NCBI GenBank assembly: GCA_051942205.1
Contig: JAVECO010000187.1
Span: 1 to 43,991 of the forward strand
Source of the DNA: Coniocarpon cinnabarinum
Lineage: Eukaryota
Reading direction: 5' to 3'
DNA: 43,991 bases
The notes beneath the pieces were generated by a model, which saw only the letters and a program-made list of their open reading frames with translations, did not search any database and was not told where the DNA came from. The position numbers were made by a program, and so were the translations under genes. Shown here piece by piece: positions 26,241-38,125 of this stretch (the first letter of the stretch is position 1; the number at the start of each line of letters is the position of its first letter).

Positions 26241-28356
26241 CTATGCCGTCTCTTCATCATCCGACCGTCTGAACAGACGTCGAGCCCGTGTACGTCGGCT
26301 CACATGCGCATTCAATGGCCGCGCCTCGGACACCCCAGAAGATTGCTCGTTGCCACCAATCACCAGCCCTTCGACTTTCTGGTCCATCTGGGCCACCGTC
26401 AGCAAGGCATAAGCATCACCAGCACATTGTGTGCACTTACCTTGTCGAGCTGATAATTCTTCATAAAGAAACTCAGCGCAATCGGCATTACACAGACGCA
26501 TACCGCAATGATCAAGAGAATCCGCATCGTCTCTTGGTAGGCGCGGTCAATGGCAGCCCGCTCAGGTGTGCCACGGGGATAGCTAGTCGATGCCGTGGTG
26601 ATACTCGCAAAGATTGTTGCGGCCTCGGACCTTGACTCAGGGGGCAGATACTGCTCCAACTTGCTGAGGATGTTGGATGACCACACAGCTCCAGAAATGG
26701 CCGAGCCAACAGCTCCACCAATTTCCAGCACTGTCAGGTACACTGCGGTTGCTGCGGCCACCTGTTGATGACTTGCAGATGCCTGCACGCCAATCTGCAC
26801 CGGCACGTTGGCCATGCCGCCGCCAATGCCGACGGCTATCTGAGTGCCCACAAGCGATCCGACGGAGGCGCCTTGGGTGCGGTACTTGATCATGAGACCA
26901 ATTCCCAACAGGTAGATGCAAGAGCCTAACGTGATAAAGTATTTATAATGGCCAGTGAATTTGATGACGAGACCAACGAGCACAGAAGCAACTGACGAAC
27001 TGAAGCTGAAAACTTGTGTGATATGGCCGGCCGCGGTCAAAGACTGATCCTGGACCACAAGCAGGTAGGACTGAAAGTAGGGCTGGACCGAGAGATAGTA
27101 CGCCACTGGACAATGAGGTCAGCAACGGATTCTGCTTCAACTCTCGTCCTTGGCCGAGCTCACTGAAATAGAAGAACGCCCACATCACGCCAACCACCAC
27201 TGTCCTTTGCCGAAAGAGGTCTTTGGGGAAAAATGCACGTGGTGCAAGCTTCTGACTCCTCTCCCAAAATGGAAACACAATGAGGCACACCGCTCCAACA
27301 ACGAGCATTGCAATCATGCTGCCGTTGTGCCATTTACCATTCGCTTGAGGAGCAAGCGTTAAAGGCAGAAGGATGAGACTGACGGCTGCGCAGAGTAAGA
27401 GCAGACCAAAGAAGTCGAGCTCAAACCAAAGGCCTTTCAGCGTTTGCGAAATCGACTGACCACGGTCGGGAGAATGCTTTTTGCCACTCGCCCGTGCTGC
27501 TTTCCGGTAGTTGACCACCAATGAGACCACGAGGGGCAAGAAAGCTACAGGAAGGACAATGGCCCAGATGCCGTAGCCCCATCGCCAGCTAGCGGCATTG
27601 CTGATTGAGCTTGCAATGACAGGGCCGACCCAGACAGTGAACAAGAAGGGCAAATCGACGAAGCTCGAAAAGAAAGCCCGCCAGGTGAGGTTAGTTGTAT
27701 CCGCAATGAATATTTGTATGAGTATCTGAAGACCAGTCTCGCCAGCTGCGTAGAATATCTCGGCCGACGCGAATGCTTTGACGTTGTTTGCTCCGGCCTG
27801 CTGAATGTATCCGATCATGTACAGCAGTATTGAAATGGAGAATGCTTCAAGTCTTCCGAAGACGTCTGCAATTTTGGCCATGGGTGGTTTCACCACTCCT
27901 GGGAAGCATCAGCACAAGCACACAAAAGCGGCTCCGTGGGATGACTACCTACCCAGAATCACGCCCTGAACCAGTGTGACAGTTGAGATCAATGTTTGGT
28001 GGCCAAAAGAACTCGTAGCAAACACGGTCAGGTTGAGAGTTGTGTTCTGCTCCAAGGAGGTGGCTATAGCCAGCAGGCTTATGCTACACCACGAGAGTGA
28101 GCGTTGAATCCAGCAAGAAATCATCTCGCCTTTGCACGTACCCTACATAGGCCAGCATGAGTGACCATGGCGACCACGTCCGGGCAATAGCCTCAATGGC
28201 CTGGACACCAGCTTGTTCTCCCTCAGATGAGCTTTCTGAGGTCAGGCTTTCTGCCACAGTTGGGTCAACATCTTTCTTGAGTACGTCTTTGTTGGAATCA
28301 AAAGCCGTGCCATAGTCACGAATGCCTTCAGATACCGTTTGCGCCTCGTCAGACAT
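26241..28356 (-). CDS. siderophore-iron MFS transporter (SIT/ARN, MirB/Sit1-like); exons 28356-28142, 28083-27953, 27898-27164, 27105-26441, 26387-26241
   Basis: Motifs QAGVQAIEA..W, KPPMAKIADVFGRLE, IADTTNL..R, WRWGYGIWAI, GGAVGSAISGAVW, GTPERAAIDRAY. Four canonical introns. Confidence 0.93.
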
Positions 28357-28405
28357 GGTAAGACACGTGTAGTGCACCCCTAGGTGAGACAGCTGGGATA
28401 TCAAA

Positions 28406-28414
28406 ATCTGATAA
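28406..28414. promoter_or_regulatory. SreA/Fep1-type iron-repression GATA box (ATCTGATAA)
   Basis: Exact match to the ATCWGATAA consensus, 50 nt upstream of the siderophore transporter ATG. Further HGATAR sites nearby (about 28423, 28750, 28912). Confidence 0.7.
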
Positions 28415-29312
28415 GATCTTTGAGATAGGAGAAGGAAATATTTTCACCCGGATGAGAAACCCCTCGCGACGCTATTCCATAACGGTATTAGAAACCGAAA
28501 TCGGCCCCTCACGCTACTCCTCTGAATCGCCTCGGCCACTCAACAAAGGTCGGCATCTCCGTCGCACTGGCTACAAACATCTCATCTCCGAGGATAGATT
28601 TATCGCGATGCGAAAGAATTAGTATTTAAGAAGCTTCCGAAAGCGTACAATTTTGACAGGCATTAGGTATCGTCAAAGAGCTCAGGGACACGCGTCGTTG
28701 CACTTGTGAGCCGCAACAGCACGCACGTTTTTACGTGCTCCAGAGTTCAGATAAGGCTGGTTCAGGGCGTTCTGATTGCCAACGTGATACAGTGTGACGG
28801 TCAGCGGCATCACTGTCAGGCCGATGCGCCAATCAGCTACGTGTCAGCTAGCAACGTCATCCCCATGCAGCTTGCGCTTGTGTTATGTTCACCCCCCTGT
28901 CCCTTGGCCGTGTTATCTCCAACCAATGGGTATCAGGACGCTGGAATCTCATTTTCATCACACAAGGTCAACAGGGCAATCTTTAAGCTTATCCCGTTGG
29001 AGACCCTGAAGAGAAAATGAACCCTCTATAGGTACGGTGACGACTCGTAGTGAAGTCCTCCAACCGCGCAGCCTCGAAAAGCCGTCAACTCGGTCGCTTT
29101 CGAGACGTCCATCTCTGCGTGTTTGACAATTTCGACCATGCAATTGCCATGTGCCTCTCACTTATATCGAAAGCATGCCCTTAGACAACAAATGATGGGT
29201 CGGGCGGCGGCCTCGTTCCAGCTCTCATCGAACTGGGTCCTGCCTTTCTTGATATTTGATGTCGCCTCGAACGAAGGCCAAAGATACTCAATCATCGCAA
29301 CGGTTATAATGA

Positions 29313-30074
29313 TCAGTCGCTGGCACGGAATCGTGACCGATAATCCTCCATTCGCTGCATGTCCTCCGCGTTACCAATCGCTTTTAGACCGTCAATGATA
29401 TCGTTGAGTGTTAAGACAGCGAGCACAGGTATCCCATATTTCCTTCTGACTTCGCCAATAGCGCTAGGTCTGGGGTAGCCGTCATCATCGTTTGCAGACG
29501 GCATCTTTTCCATGCGATCCAAAGCAACGACTATACCAGCCACTTGACCGCCTTCTTTGTTGATGATTTCCACAGACTCGTTGATGGCTGTGCCGGCCGT
29601 GATCACATCGTCAATGATCAAAACCCTCTTACCCTTGAGACTAGCGCCTACAATGCTCCCGCCATCGCCATAGGACTTGACTTCTTTTCGATTGAATGCA
29701 CATCCCACCTGACCAAAGCGATCGCCATCGACCTCTGCCAGTTTGTCAAAGGTCACTGCAGCCAAAGGAATACCCTTGTACGCAGGCCCAAATAGCACAT
29801 CGAATTGCAAAACGGGCTGGTCACAATCGGCAATGGTTCTTGCAAAAGCGGTCGAGAGAGTTCTGACGAGGTATGCATGGTTGTAGAACAGGCTGTTACA
29901 CATGCATCGTCAACCCGTCGTGCCAGAGTCTGGTCGCCAACCGTGTACTGACCCAGCGTTGAAGAAGTAGGGAGACTGCCGGCCCGACTTGAGGGTGAAC
30001 GAGCCAAACGAGAGGCACTTGGCTTTCGTGCAAGCGGCAAGTAGGTCGAGCTTCCAGGGCGGGAGAGACGCCAT
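29313..30074 (-). CDS. URA5: orotate phosphoribosyltransferase; exons 30074-29953, 29892-29313
   Basis: FGSFTLKSGRQSPYFFNAG, FGPAYKGIPLA, FNRKEVK..GDGG, PRPP motif IIDDVITAGTA. Intron 29952-29893. Confidence 0.97.
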
Positions 30075-30643
30075 GACGCACCCGTATGCACACACACGCA
30101 CACGTGCACACGAGTCACAAGGTGTTGAGGGGTGTGCTATTGACAGTCTGCTCGAGTGTAGTGAATGGCCCACCACGGGGCTCACGAAGGTATGTGGTAG
30201 GCAAGTTTTGCATGCACGCCACACGCCATGCCAGGTGAACGCAGAGCCCTGGAATTTCAGGCGCCAGCGGCGTCATGGTGGGGCACTCGGGTACCGAATA
30301 GGATCCACGATCATCAGCAAAAAACAGCCAGCCCTGGAAGCCTCCGGTCGTGGCCTCATGAATCTTTGCAGGTGTCGTTGTTGCTGCTGCACGTTCTCTG
30401 TTGCTCTCCCTGCATGACCGCTGCTCGTGTCTTGCACAGGTTGCGGAGTGTCTTCACCCCCGTCCCCGGAGCTGATGCATTCTTCTTAGTTTCATCCTTT
30501 CTGCCATAGATGCCGAGAGAAGAGCATCTGCGCTTTGCACGAATTTTTTGGTTTGGATGACTGTTGGCGTTTAGGATTCCCTTCTATTCTCCGCTCGCGT
30601 CTGATAGAAGCATTCAAAACACTCCCGGACTCACGAGCTCAAG

Positions 30644-32540
30644 ATGCACATCTCCCACAAGCTGGCCCACGCCCAAGAGGCCGGCAAGCCCACCTTCTCC
30701 TTTGAATTCTTTCCTCCGAAGACCGCGCAGGGAGTACAGAATCTCTACGACCGCATAGATCGCATGCATGGACTCGGTCCTGCCTTTGTTGACGTGACTT
30801 GGGGTGCCGGGGGCAGACTCTCGAACCTGACAGTTGACATGGTGAACGTCGCCCAGTCTGCCCTCGGCCTCGAGACGTGCATGCATTTGACGTGCACGGA
30901 CATGGAGCGCTCCAAAGTTGACAACGCTCTCAAGGAGGCTTACAAAGCTGGATGCACAAACATTCTGGCATTGAGAGGGGACCCGCCTCGGGAGTCAGAG
31001 AAGTGGGTTGCCAAGGAGGGCGGGTTCAGGTATGCAAGAGACCTGGTCAAATACATCCGGCAGCAGTATGGCGACCACTTCGACATTGGTGTCGCAGGCT
31101 ACCCCGAGGGTTGCGACGACGAAAAAGATCCAGACCTACTGACACAGCATTTGAAAGAGAAGATAGATGCCGGGGGTAGCTTCGTGGTCACACAAATGTG
31201 TTATGATGCCGACATCTACATTGACTGGATGAAAAGGTGTCGCGCTGCCGGCATCAATGTACCGTTGGTGCCGGGAATCATGCCTATCCACACGCACGCA
31301 GCATTCTTGCGGCGCGCTAATTGGACTCAATGCCATGTTCCGCCACAGTGGCATGAAGCTCTTGAACCAGTCAAGAATGATGACGCTGCGGTCCGCGAGA
31401 TTGGCGCCGATTTGGTCGCAGAATTCTGTCGAAGGCTTCTCAAAGCTGGCGTGCTGAATCTACATTTCTATACCATGAATCTTGCTCAGGCTACTCGCAT
31501 GGTCCTGGAACGTTTGGAAATCCTGCCGGACGTCGCGGAGATCGAGAAACCATTACCTTGGCGGCAGTCCTTGGGGCTCAATCGGCGTGACGAAAACGTT
31601 CGGCCAATCTTCTGGAGGAATCGCAACAGGTCTTACATTGCACGAACTCAGGATTGGGATGAATTTCCGAATGGAAGATGGGGCGACTCTCGCTCGCCCG
31701 CCTTTGGTGAACTCGACTCATACAACATTGGACTGAAAGGTACGAATGAGAACAACCGCAAGATCTGGGGCGAGCCGACCTCGATCGGAGAGGTTTCTGA
31801 TCTCTTTGTGAAATACATGCAAGGAGACGTAGACTGTCTGCCCTGGTCAGAGGCACCTATCTCTACGGAAGCGAATGTGATCCGTGACCATTTGGTAGAG
31901 CTCAACAAGCGATGCATCTTGACGGTCAATTCTCAGCCTCCAGTCAATGGCGCCAAGTCTTCCCACAAAGTGTACGGATGGGGTCCAAAGAACGGCTACG
32001 TGTACCAGAAGGCATACCTCGAGGTGCTTGTCTCGCCCGAGTTGATTGCCGAAGTCATCACCCGCATCGAGCGAGACCCAGAGCTTACGTATTACGCGGT
32101 CAATATGCATGGCGATCTGAAAACCAATACACCTGGTGATGGTCCCAATGCAGTGACCTGGGGAGTGTTCCCTGGGAAAGAGATTGTGCAACCCACGATA
32201 GTGGAGACTGTCAGCTTCCTCGCCTGGAAAGATGAGTTCTACCGCCTCGGAATGGACTGGGCGCATTGTTACGATGCCTCAAGCCCTTCGAGGCATTTGA
32301 TCACCTCATTGATGGAGGATTGGCACCTAGTGAATATTGGTAGGAATGTTCCTCACATGTGTGCCTTTGATGATGAATTGACAAATCTGCACAGTGCACA
32401 ACGACTTTCAGAATCCGGACGGCATCTTCCCTCTATTTGACGGCTTGCGCTTGTCAAGTACCGATCGTAAGATACAGCCACATACTAACGGGGTGAAAAA
32501 TGGCGATATATCCGCTGTAAATGGCGAGCTAAAGAATTAG
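30644..32540 (+). CDS. MET13: methylenetetrahydrofolate reductase; exons 30644-32339, 32395-32540
   Basis: FSFEFFPPKT, DVTWGAGG, MHLTC, ILALRGDPP, LHFYTMN, and the regulatory-domain motif WDEFPNGRWGDSRSPAFG. Intron 32340-32394 restores VNIVHNDF. Confidence 0.95.
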
Positions 32541-32949
32541 ACATATTCTAAAGAGACAACCAGAGGGAGAAAAAGCATTATATTCAACATTTAATGACAC
32601 GAGACACGACAACTGGAGCTGAAAGCTTTCAACAGATACCCCACAAGCAGCAGAAGATGGGCATGGGCTCTCTCGCCCGGTCCAGTTGCATAGCGTACGG
32701 CGTTGTTCAGGATCTGATTATACATGGGAAATACACGAGGGAGAGATGTGATAGCTGCAACATGAACATGAGCATTCAACACCGTCGGTGAGTTCCCAGA
32801 TCACATGGAAGACTTATGTAGTCCCATCATTGTCTACTACGTGAAGTGGCTGTCATCAGCATGAACGAGATGGCGTCTCCTACAATTTTATCCCATACCC
32901 TCAATTAAAGACCCCGAGTGCAACACAGTACTTAACTCCGTCACTCTCT

Positions 32950-33086
32950 ATCCCCTCGTCTGCCTGGCAGCCGATACTAGACCTGTTTGGGTATACATAC
33001 GTGCGCGATCCAAGCTCTAAGTAGCTAAGTAGTATACGTATATACCCAAACAGGCTTAGCATCGGCTGCCAGGCAGACGAGGGGAT
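32950..33086. repeat. long inverted repeat (46-bp arms, 45-nt spacer)
   Basis: 32950-32995 is the reverse complement of 33041-33086 at 43 of 46 positions. Confidence 0.92.
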
Positions 33087-33492
33087 GGCAGAAGAGGATG
33101 GGATACCAATGCCGCTCCAATGGAGAGGCGGCAACGGAAACCAAAGACCCTGCAGGAGTGTCATGGATTTTGGCCCCCAGCCAATCTGTGGAACGATTCC
33201 ATTGCAAACGTTCCTGGCACCATCGTCGATTCTGACGTACTCGATGCACCCCGAGCCGGCGGAACTTCTCATCTTGTTTGGTCAGCGACGCTGCTCTATG
33301 CCCCTGTCATTACTAAATCGCAGCTCTTGCTTGACACATTGCGCGGAATGAAATAGTTGACTATCGCTCCACCCATCTCTTGCCTCCTCTTCACGCAGAC
33401 CATTCGCCTGCATCTCCCGTCTCTGTCCCGATCATGTGTCGCCCTTTGGTATAGCTTCGAATTCGTCTTCGTCATGATACAGTGAGCTCACC

Positions 33493-35365
33493 ATGGATCC
33501 CAACGAAGGTATCATCGATGCCGAAGCCGACATCCACCAACGCCTTGATCACAATCCACCGACGACCCAGCAAGGAATAGACAGCCATCGTGCGGAGCAC
33601 GCGGCGCTCATTGCACGAGGAGGGATACATGGTCACCGCTCAGAAGAGGATGAATTCAGCCCTTTGCTGTCCAAGCGTAGCGACGGAGCTGCTGCTGAGG
33701 CGGGCCCTCCGCAGCATACGTCCAGGGAACAAACCGACGAGGAATGGCCGGGACAGAAAGATTTCGAAGGTCTACCTTGGTGGAAGCGGCCTCATGTCAG
33801 TCACAGGTCGCCGTGCGTGCCCCGAGCGAACGATGTTGACTTCAGGCTAGATCTTCTGGATCATCGGTCCCTTTATTCTATACACTATAGCATTCGGCGG
33901 CACGCTCGTCCCCAAGACTAATCTGATTCAAGACCTTCTCTGTCGGGACTATTATATGGAGTTGGCATCCAACAACCCAGGATCCAGCTATACACCGATC
34001 ATGTTCGGGCAAGACGACAACAGATGCACAGCGCCTGCCGTGGAGCGAAGGACTGCTGGTTTCATGGCTTCTGGTAGTCTGATTTCTGGCATTCTATCTG
34101 CCATCACCAGTCCCATGATTGGCGAGCTCTCGGACTACTACGGTCGCAGGAAGATCCTTGTTGGTGTGGTGAGCGGATCACTGGTCATGGAAATCCTCAC
34201 GGTCTATGGCGCGCTCAACATGCAGACGTTCAACGTGTACTGGTTGTATCTCGGCTGGGTGTTCGAAGGCCTGGCAGGATCCTTCATCGCCGGCATGGCT
34301 CTATCCAACGCTTACGCCGCCGACACCACACCACCGTCGAGAAGAAACGTCGCCTTTGGCTACTTCCACGGATGTCTTTTCGCAGGAATTGCGCTGGGAC
34401 CCTTGATCGCGTCCGAGATGATCAGATTGACGCACACCATCGCGACTGTCTTTGTGATAGCGCTCGTTAATCATGGCATATTCATTCTATGTCTTATCTT
34501 CCTGATACCGGAGTCGCTGTCTAAGCGGAGACAACTGGCCGCGCGGGAGAAGCGCGCCAATCAGAAGATGAACGGTTTCATCATGCACCAGGGCAACATC
34601 CCCACCAAGCTTATCTATTCAGGCGCAAGTATCTTCCGGCCGCTTAAAACGCTCTGGCCAGAAGGACCAGGCACGTCTCCGAAGCTGCGAGCTAATCTGG
34701 TTGTGTTGGCTGCGATTGATTTCACCGTTTTTGGTGTAGCGATGGGTGCTATGAATGTCGTAACAATCTACATGCGGAAGCAGTTCCACTGGACCGTGGC
34801 ACGACAAGGCGATTTTATATCCACCGTGAACACGTCGCGGGTATTGATGCTCGTCATCGGCTTGCCGTTGCTTACGAGAATCTTTCGAGGTCCCAGCAGC
34901 AAGCAAAAGAAAACGGAAGCCAGGGGCTGTGACAGGCTCGATCTCAATCTCATCCGCATCGCCGTGGCTCTGGACACCCTTGGATACTTTGGCTACACCT
35001 TCGCTCGAACGCCAGCGCTCTTCACTTTGTCTGGCATCGTTGCATCTCTTGGCGGCATGGCGTCCCCTACCCTTCAGTCGGCGCTGACCAAGCACGTCCC
35101 GCACGACCAAACTGGGCAGCTTTTAGGTGCAACAGCACTCCTCCATGCCATTGGCAGGATCCTGTCGCCATTAATCTTCAATGGCATCTTTGCAGCTACG
35201 AACGACAAGTTCCGGCAGACTGTCTTTGCTTGTCTCGCAGCAGCCTTTGGTGTGGCGCTCGTCCTCACGTTCTTCCTTCGGAAGGGCATCTATCTTGATG
35301 AAGCCGATGCTGCTGAGGCGATGGAGCCTCACCGAGAGGGGGCCCCAGAGGTACAGCGACCTTGA
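33493..35365 (+). CDS. MFS transporter (tetracycline-efflux/SLC46-like); exons 33493-33795, 33851-35365
   Basis: MFS motif A GELSDYYGRRKIL, multiple hydrophobic helices, PESLS, ALTKHVP..TGQLLGA. Intron 33796-33850 (GTCAGT..TAG, phase 0). Confidence 0.92.
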
Positions 35366-35786
35366 ACAGTCTCTTGTTCGGCGTTAAACCCAGCATGTGT
35401 TACGAGTCGCATTAGCATGGGTACAGGAAAGGGTATGCGCATTCAACTGGCGTGGGATACCCCATGAACGACTCTAGAGAAATGTAAAACCACCTGAATA
35501 CCCTAGATACGACCTCATGAATGATGATCCGCATTGGGTGATTGATTAATGTCTCAATTGCCAGCTGTCAGCTTTGCATCCTTGTCCATTTTCTGTTCGC
35601 ACTATCCTTGTGTATCGGAATTCTGGGGAAAAATATCTTTGTGTCAGAACGTTTTTGTATTCAGAAGTCATCAAAAGACCCGCTTGAACTGCCCCATGCT
35701 TGATGTTTGTCGGCCGCCACTCCGTTGTGAGAATCGTAAAGTCGTATTTCATATGCGTCCCGGCTATCCAGGTGGGACTCGGTATC

Positions 35787-36383
35787 CTATCCCGTCCCTC
35801 CGTATCGATCCGATACACTGAACCCCTTCCTCATTCTCTTCTGTCCCTCAGTCTCATCCGAGTATTTCCACTCCTCTAGACTCCTCAACTTCCCCCGTCT
35901 TCTGCTCTTTCCCTGCTCCGCTTCCCCCTCCACTATCTTCCTCTCCTCAACATGCTGATCGCTTTCAACCTCTTGCAGATCCTCGCTCCTATCCTCACTC
36001 CCATCCTCACTCCCATCCCCATCTTCATCTTCATCTTCATCTTCATCCACCCGCCGTCTCGACTGAGTATCCCCTCCCTCATCCGAGCCTCCCCCACCCA
36101 CATACCCCAGCACTTCTTGATCCTCTTCAGTACCGTGAGTCAACTCATCCGCGTGTATCCTCAAAGAAGCCCCCGCATCCCCCCACTCCACTCCCACCGT
36201 CGTCGTCGCCGGCTGCGCCTGCGGCAAAGCCTTCAGCGCCTCTAATCGCGGTCGAATCGCCGACTGCAGCGATGACACCGTCCGTTGTTGGAGCGTGTAG
36301 CCTGAGAAGAAGAGAAGAGCCGTAAAGAGGAGGATTGTAAATGTGGAGATGAGAGGCGTGAGGGTGGTTTGCGTTATGAGCAT
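35787..36383 (-). CDS. hypothetical protein with an N-terminal membrane anchor and an acidic C-terminal region
   Basis: TM segment followed by LFFSGYTLQQRTV..LQSAIRP, which I recall as a conserved fungal motif. The D/E-rich tail is encoded partly by (GATGAA)n. Confidence 0.7.
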   Translation of the reverse strand: MLITQTTLTPLISTFTILLFTALLFFSGYTLQQRTVSSLQSAIRPRLEALKALPQAQPATTTVGVEWGDAGASLRIHADELTHGTEEDQEVLGYVGGGGSDEGGDTQSRRRVDEDEDEDEDGDGSEDGSEDRSEDLQEVESDQHVEERKIVEGEAEQGKSRRRGKLRSLEEWKYSDETEGQKRMRKGFSVSDRYGGTG

Positions 36384-37117
36384 TTTGAAGTGCAACTCGG
36401 GGCTGTGCTCGGTGAATGTGCGTGTCTCCAGGATTGTCGTGGTCACAGAGACATGGTGGCGTTCGTGGTCCTCCCGCGCTGCTTTTCGTGGATACTATGG
36501 GCGTGGTGCGTAATGGCTAGTGAAGTGCCATGTTTACCGATCGACGGGACAACCAGGTTTTTCCAGGGCACCGAAACAGGGCTGAGAAAAGCTTGGCGAA
36601 AAAAGTGGGAAAAGTTGGTTGTCAGCCCTATGGCTTGGTTACCCTGTCGCCTATCTATCTTATTCCACAGAGAGGGTGGAAAGCGGAAGCCACGGGAAAT
36701 GGAGTCAATCGAGCGTCGCCGACTCACTGACGCTTTTTTCGCATCCATTTCGATCTTTTGGCATGAATGACGTAATTGCGGTGTGAAATATTTGCTTGGA
36801 CAGGGTAGCGTTGCTGGAAGGACATCTCTTAAGTCGCGGCAGAATGAGGCAAATTGCTCTGCTTTTGAGCTTCTTCGGCCTCGTCCCTGATTTCGTTCTA
36901 GCGATAGCGGAGCGTGCTCTACAAGTCGCACCGCTATGTCTGATTACGTACATTCGATTACTCCTCGCTTAAAGCCCTGCCAATGCCACCCGCAGGCGCA
37001 GCGACTATCCCGGCCTTAACTTTTCTAATCAAACCCCGCTGCTCCATTATTTCTCGATCACCCAGTATGCTATAGTATCGGAAACCAAAATGCCGGATTA
37101 AAAAAATAAAAAGATTT

Positions 37118-37190
37118 GTCATCGGGAAATTGGGAATCGAATCCCTATAGCCCTACGTATACTTTGAGTTGAAATACAAAGTTGATGACT
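37118..37190. other. tRNA-like cloverleaf / possible degenerate tRNA or Pol III element
   Basis: 73 nt folding by eye into a closing stem plus three adjacent hairpins. Loop sizes and conserved tRNA bases are non-canonical. Confidence 0.3.
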
Positions 37191-38125
37191 ACATGCCCAA
37201 GGCCATCAAACAATTTGCAACTTTTTTTGGTTCCTCTGGAGCTCGGAGATTATGGAACAAATGAAGGATATCTCATTGTCGTCCGTGGGACTAGAATCAC
37301 ATTCCTGGATTACTTGGGATACCTCCTGTACGAAAATGGAGAAAAATGCTTCGCCCGTACCATACCTTTCAACCGAAAGATACCTAACGAAACGCCACAA
37401 CCAGGTCGTCCGACATGTTTGGCAGAAGCACGATATACATTCCCCGACGATATCGAGGATAGATGCGTATTGGACGCTTCAAAGACCACGATAATATCCA
37501 CGCAGCGTCTTCTGAATGACGGGCTGTTCGTTATGCCTTGTAGACGGCTCCGAGGGCGTCGGCGTGTTGGGGGTATGTGTGGATCTACTTGTACGTCACT
37601 CCAGTGTTGGGCATGTAATGGGAGGGGTGATGGACGGAACAAGCCGGAAGGAGTGGCGCAATTGGGAATAGAATAGTGTTTATGGGATGCGTGTCAAACT
37701 GTGTCGAATATGCAGAATTCGCCGTCGGGGATTGGAGGGAGTTTGGTTGGGAAGCCCCTGGCATGTGTGGCCATGCGGACATAAAAGCACCGTCGGTGCT
37801 ATGCTCAAGTGTCATCCGAAAGTTTTGATCGGTACGCTCTTCATATTAGCTTAGTGAATGATATTAAATTACGGTTATGAAGTGCAATGATTCTCCTATA
37901 AAGCTTCTCTGGGCAAAACAGCTCGCTTCCGCTATTGACTCTTGGGGGAAAGGAACTATGGTTCTTTGACATTATGTTTATTAAGTGCCGTTATATGTTC
38001 AATGCGATACAGCAAAAGGCAGTGCGCGAGATACTGGGTGGCGCGCTTCTTGTTGAGCTTTCACCGGGGTGCGGATCGATTTACGCATTACCATACTTTC
38101 CAGTCGGAACAAATTTCAAGCCCCA

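Noticed and set aside
30542..30551. AATTTTTTGG resembling an Sm site
   Set aside because: No U1/U2/U4/U5 sequence hallmarks nearby.
37182..37815. Overlapping ORFs on both strands
   Set aside because: No recognisable family or convincing gene structure.
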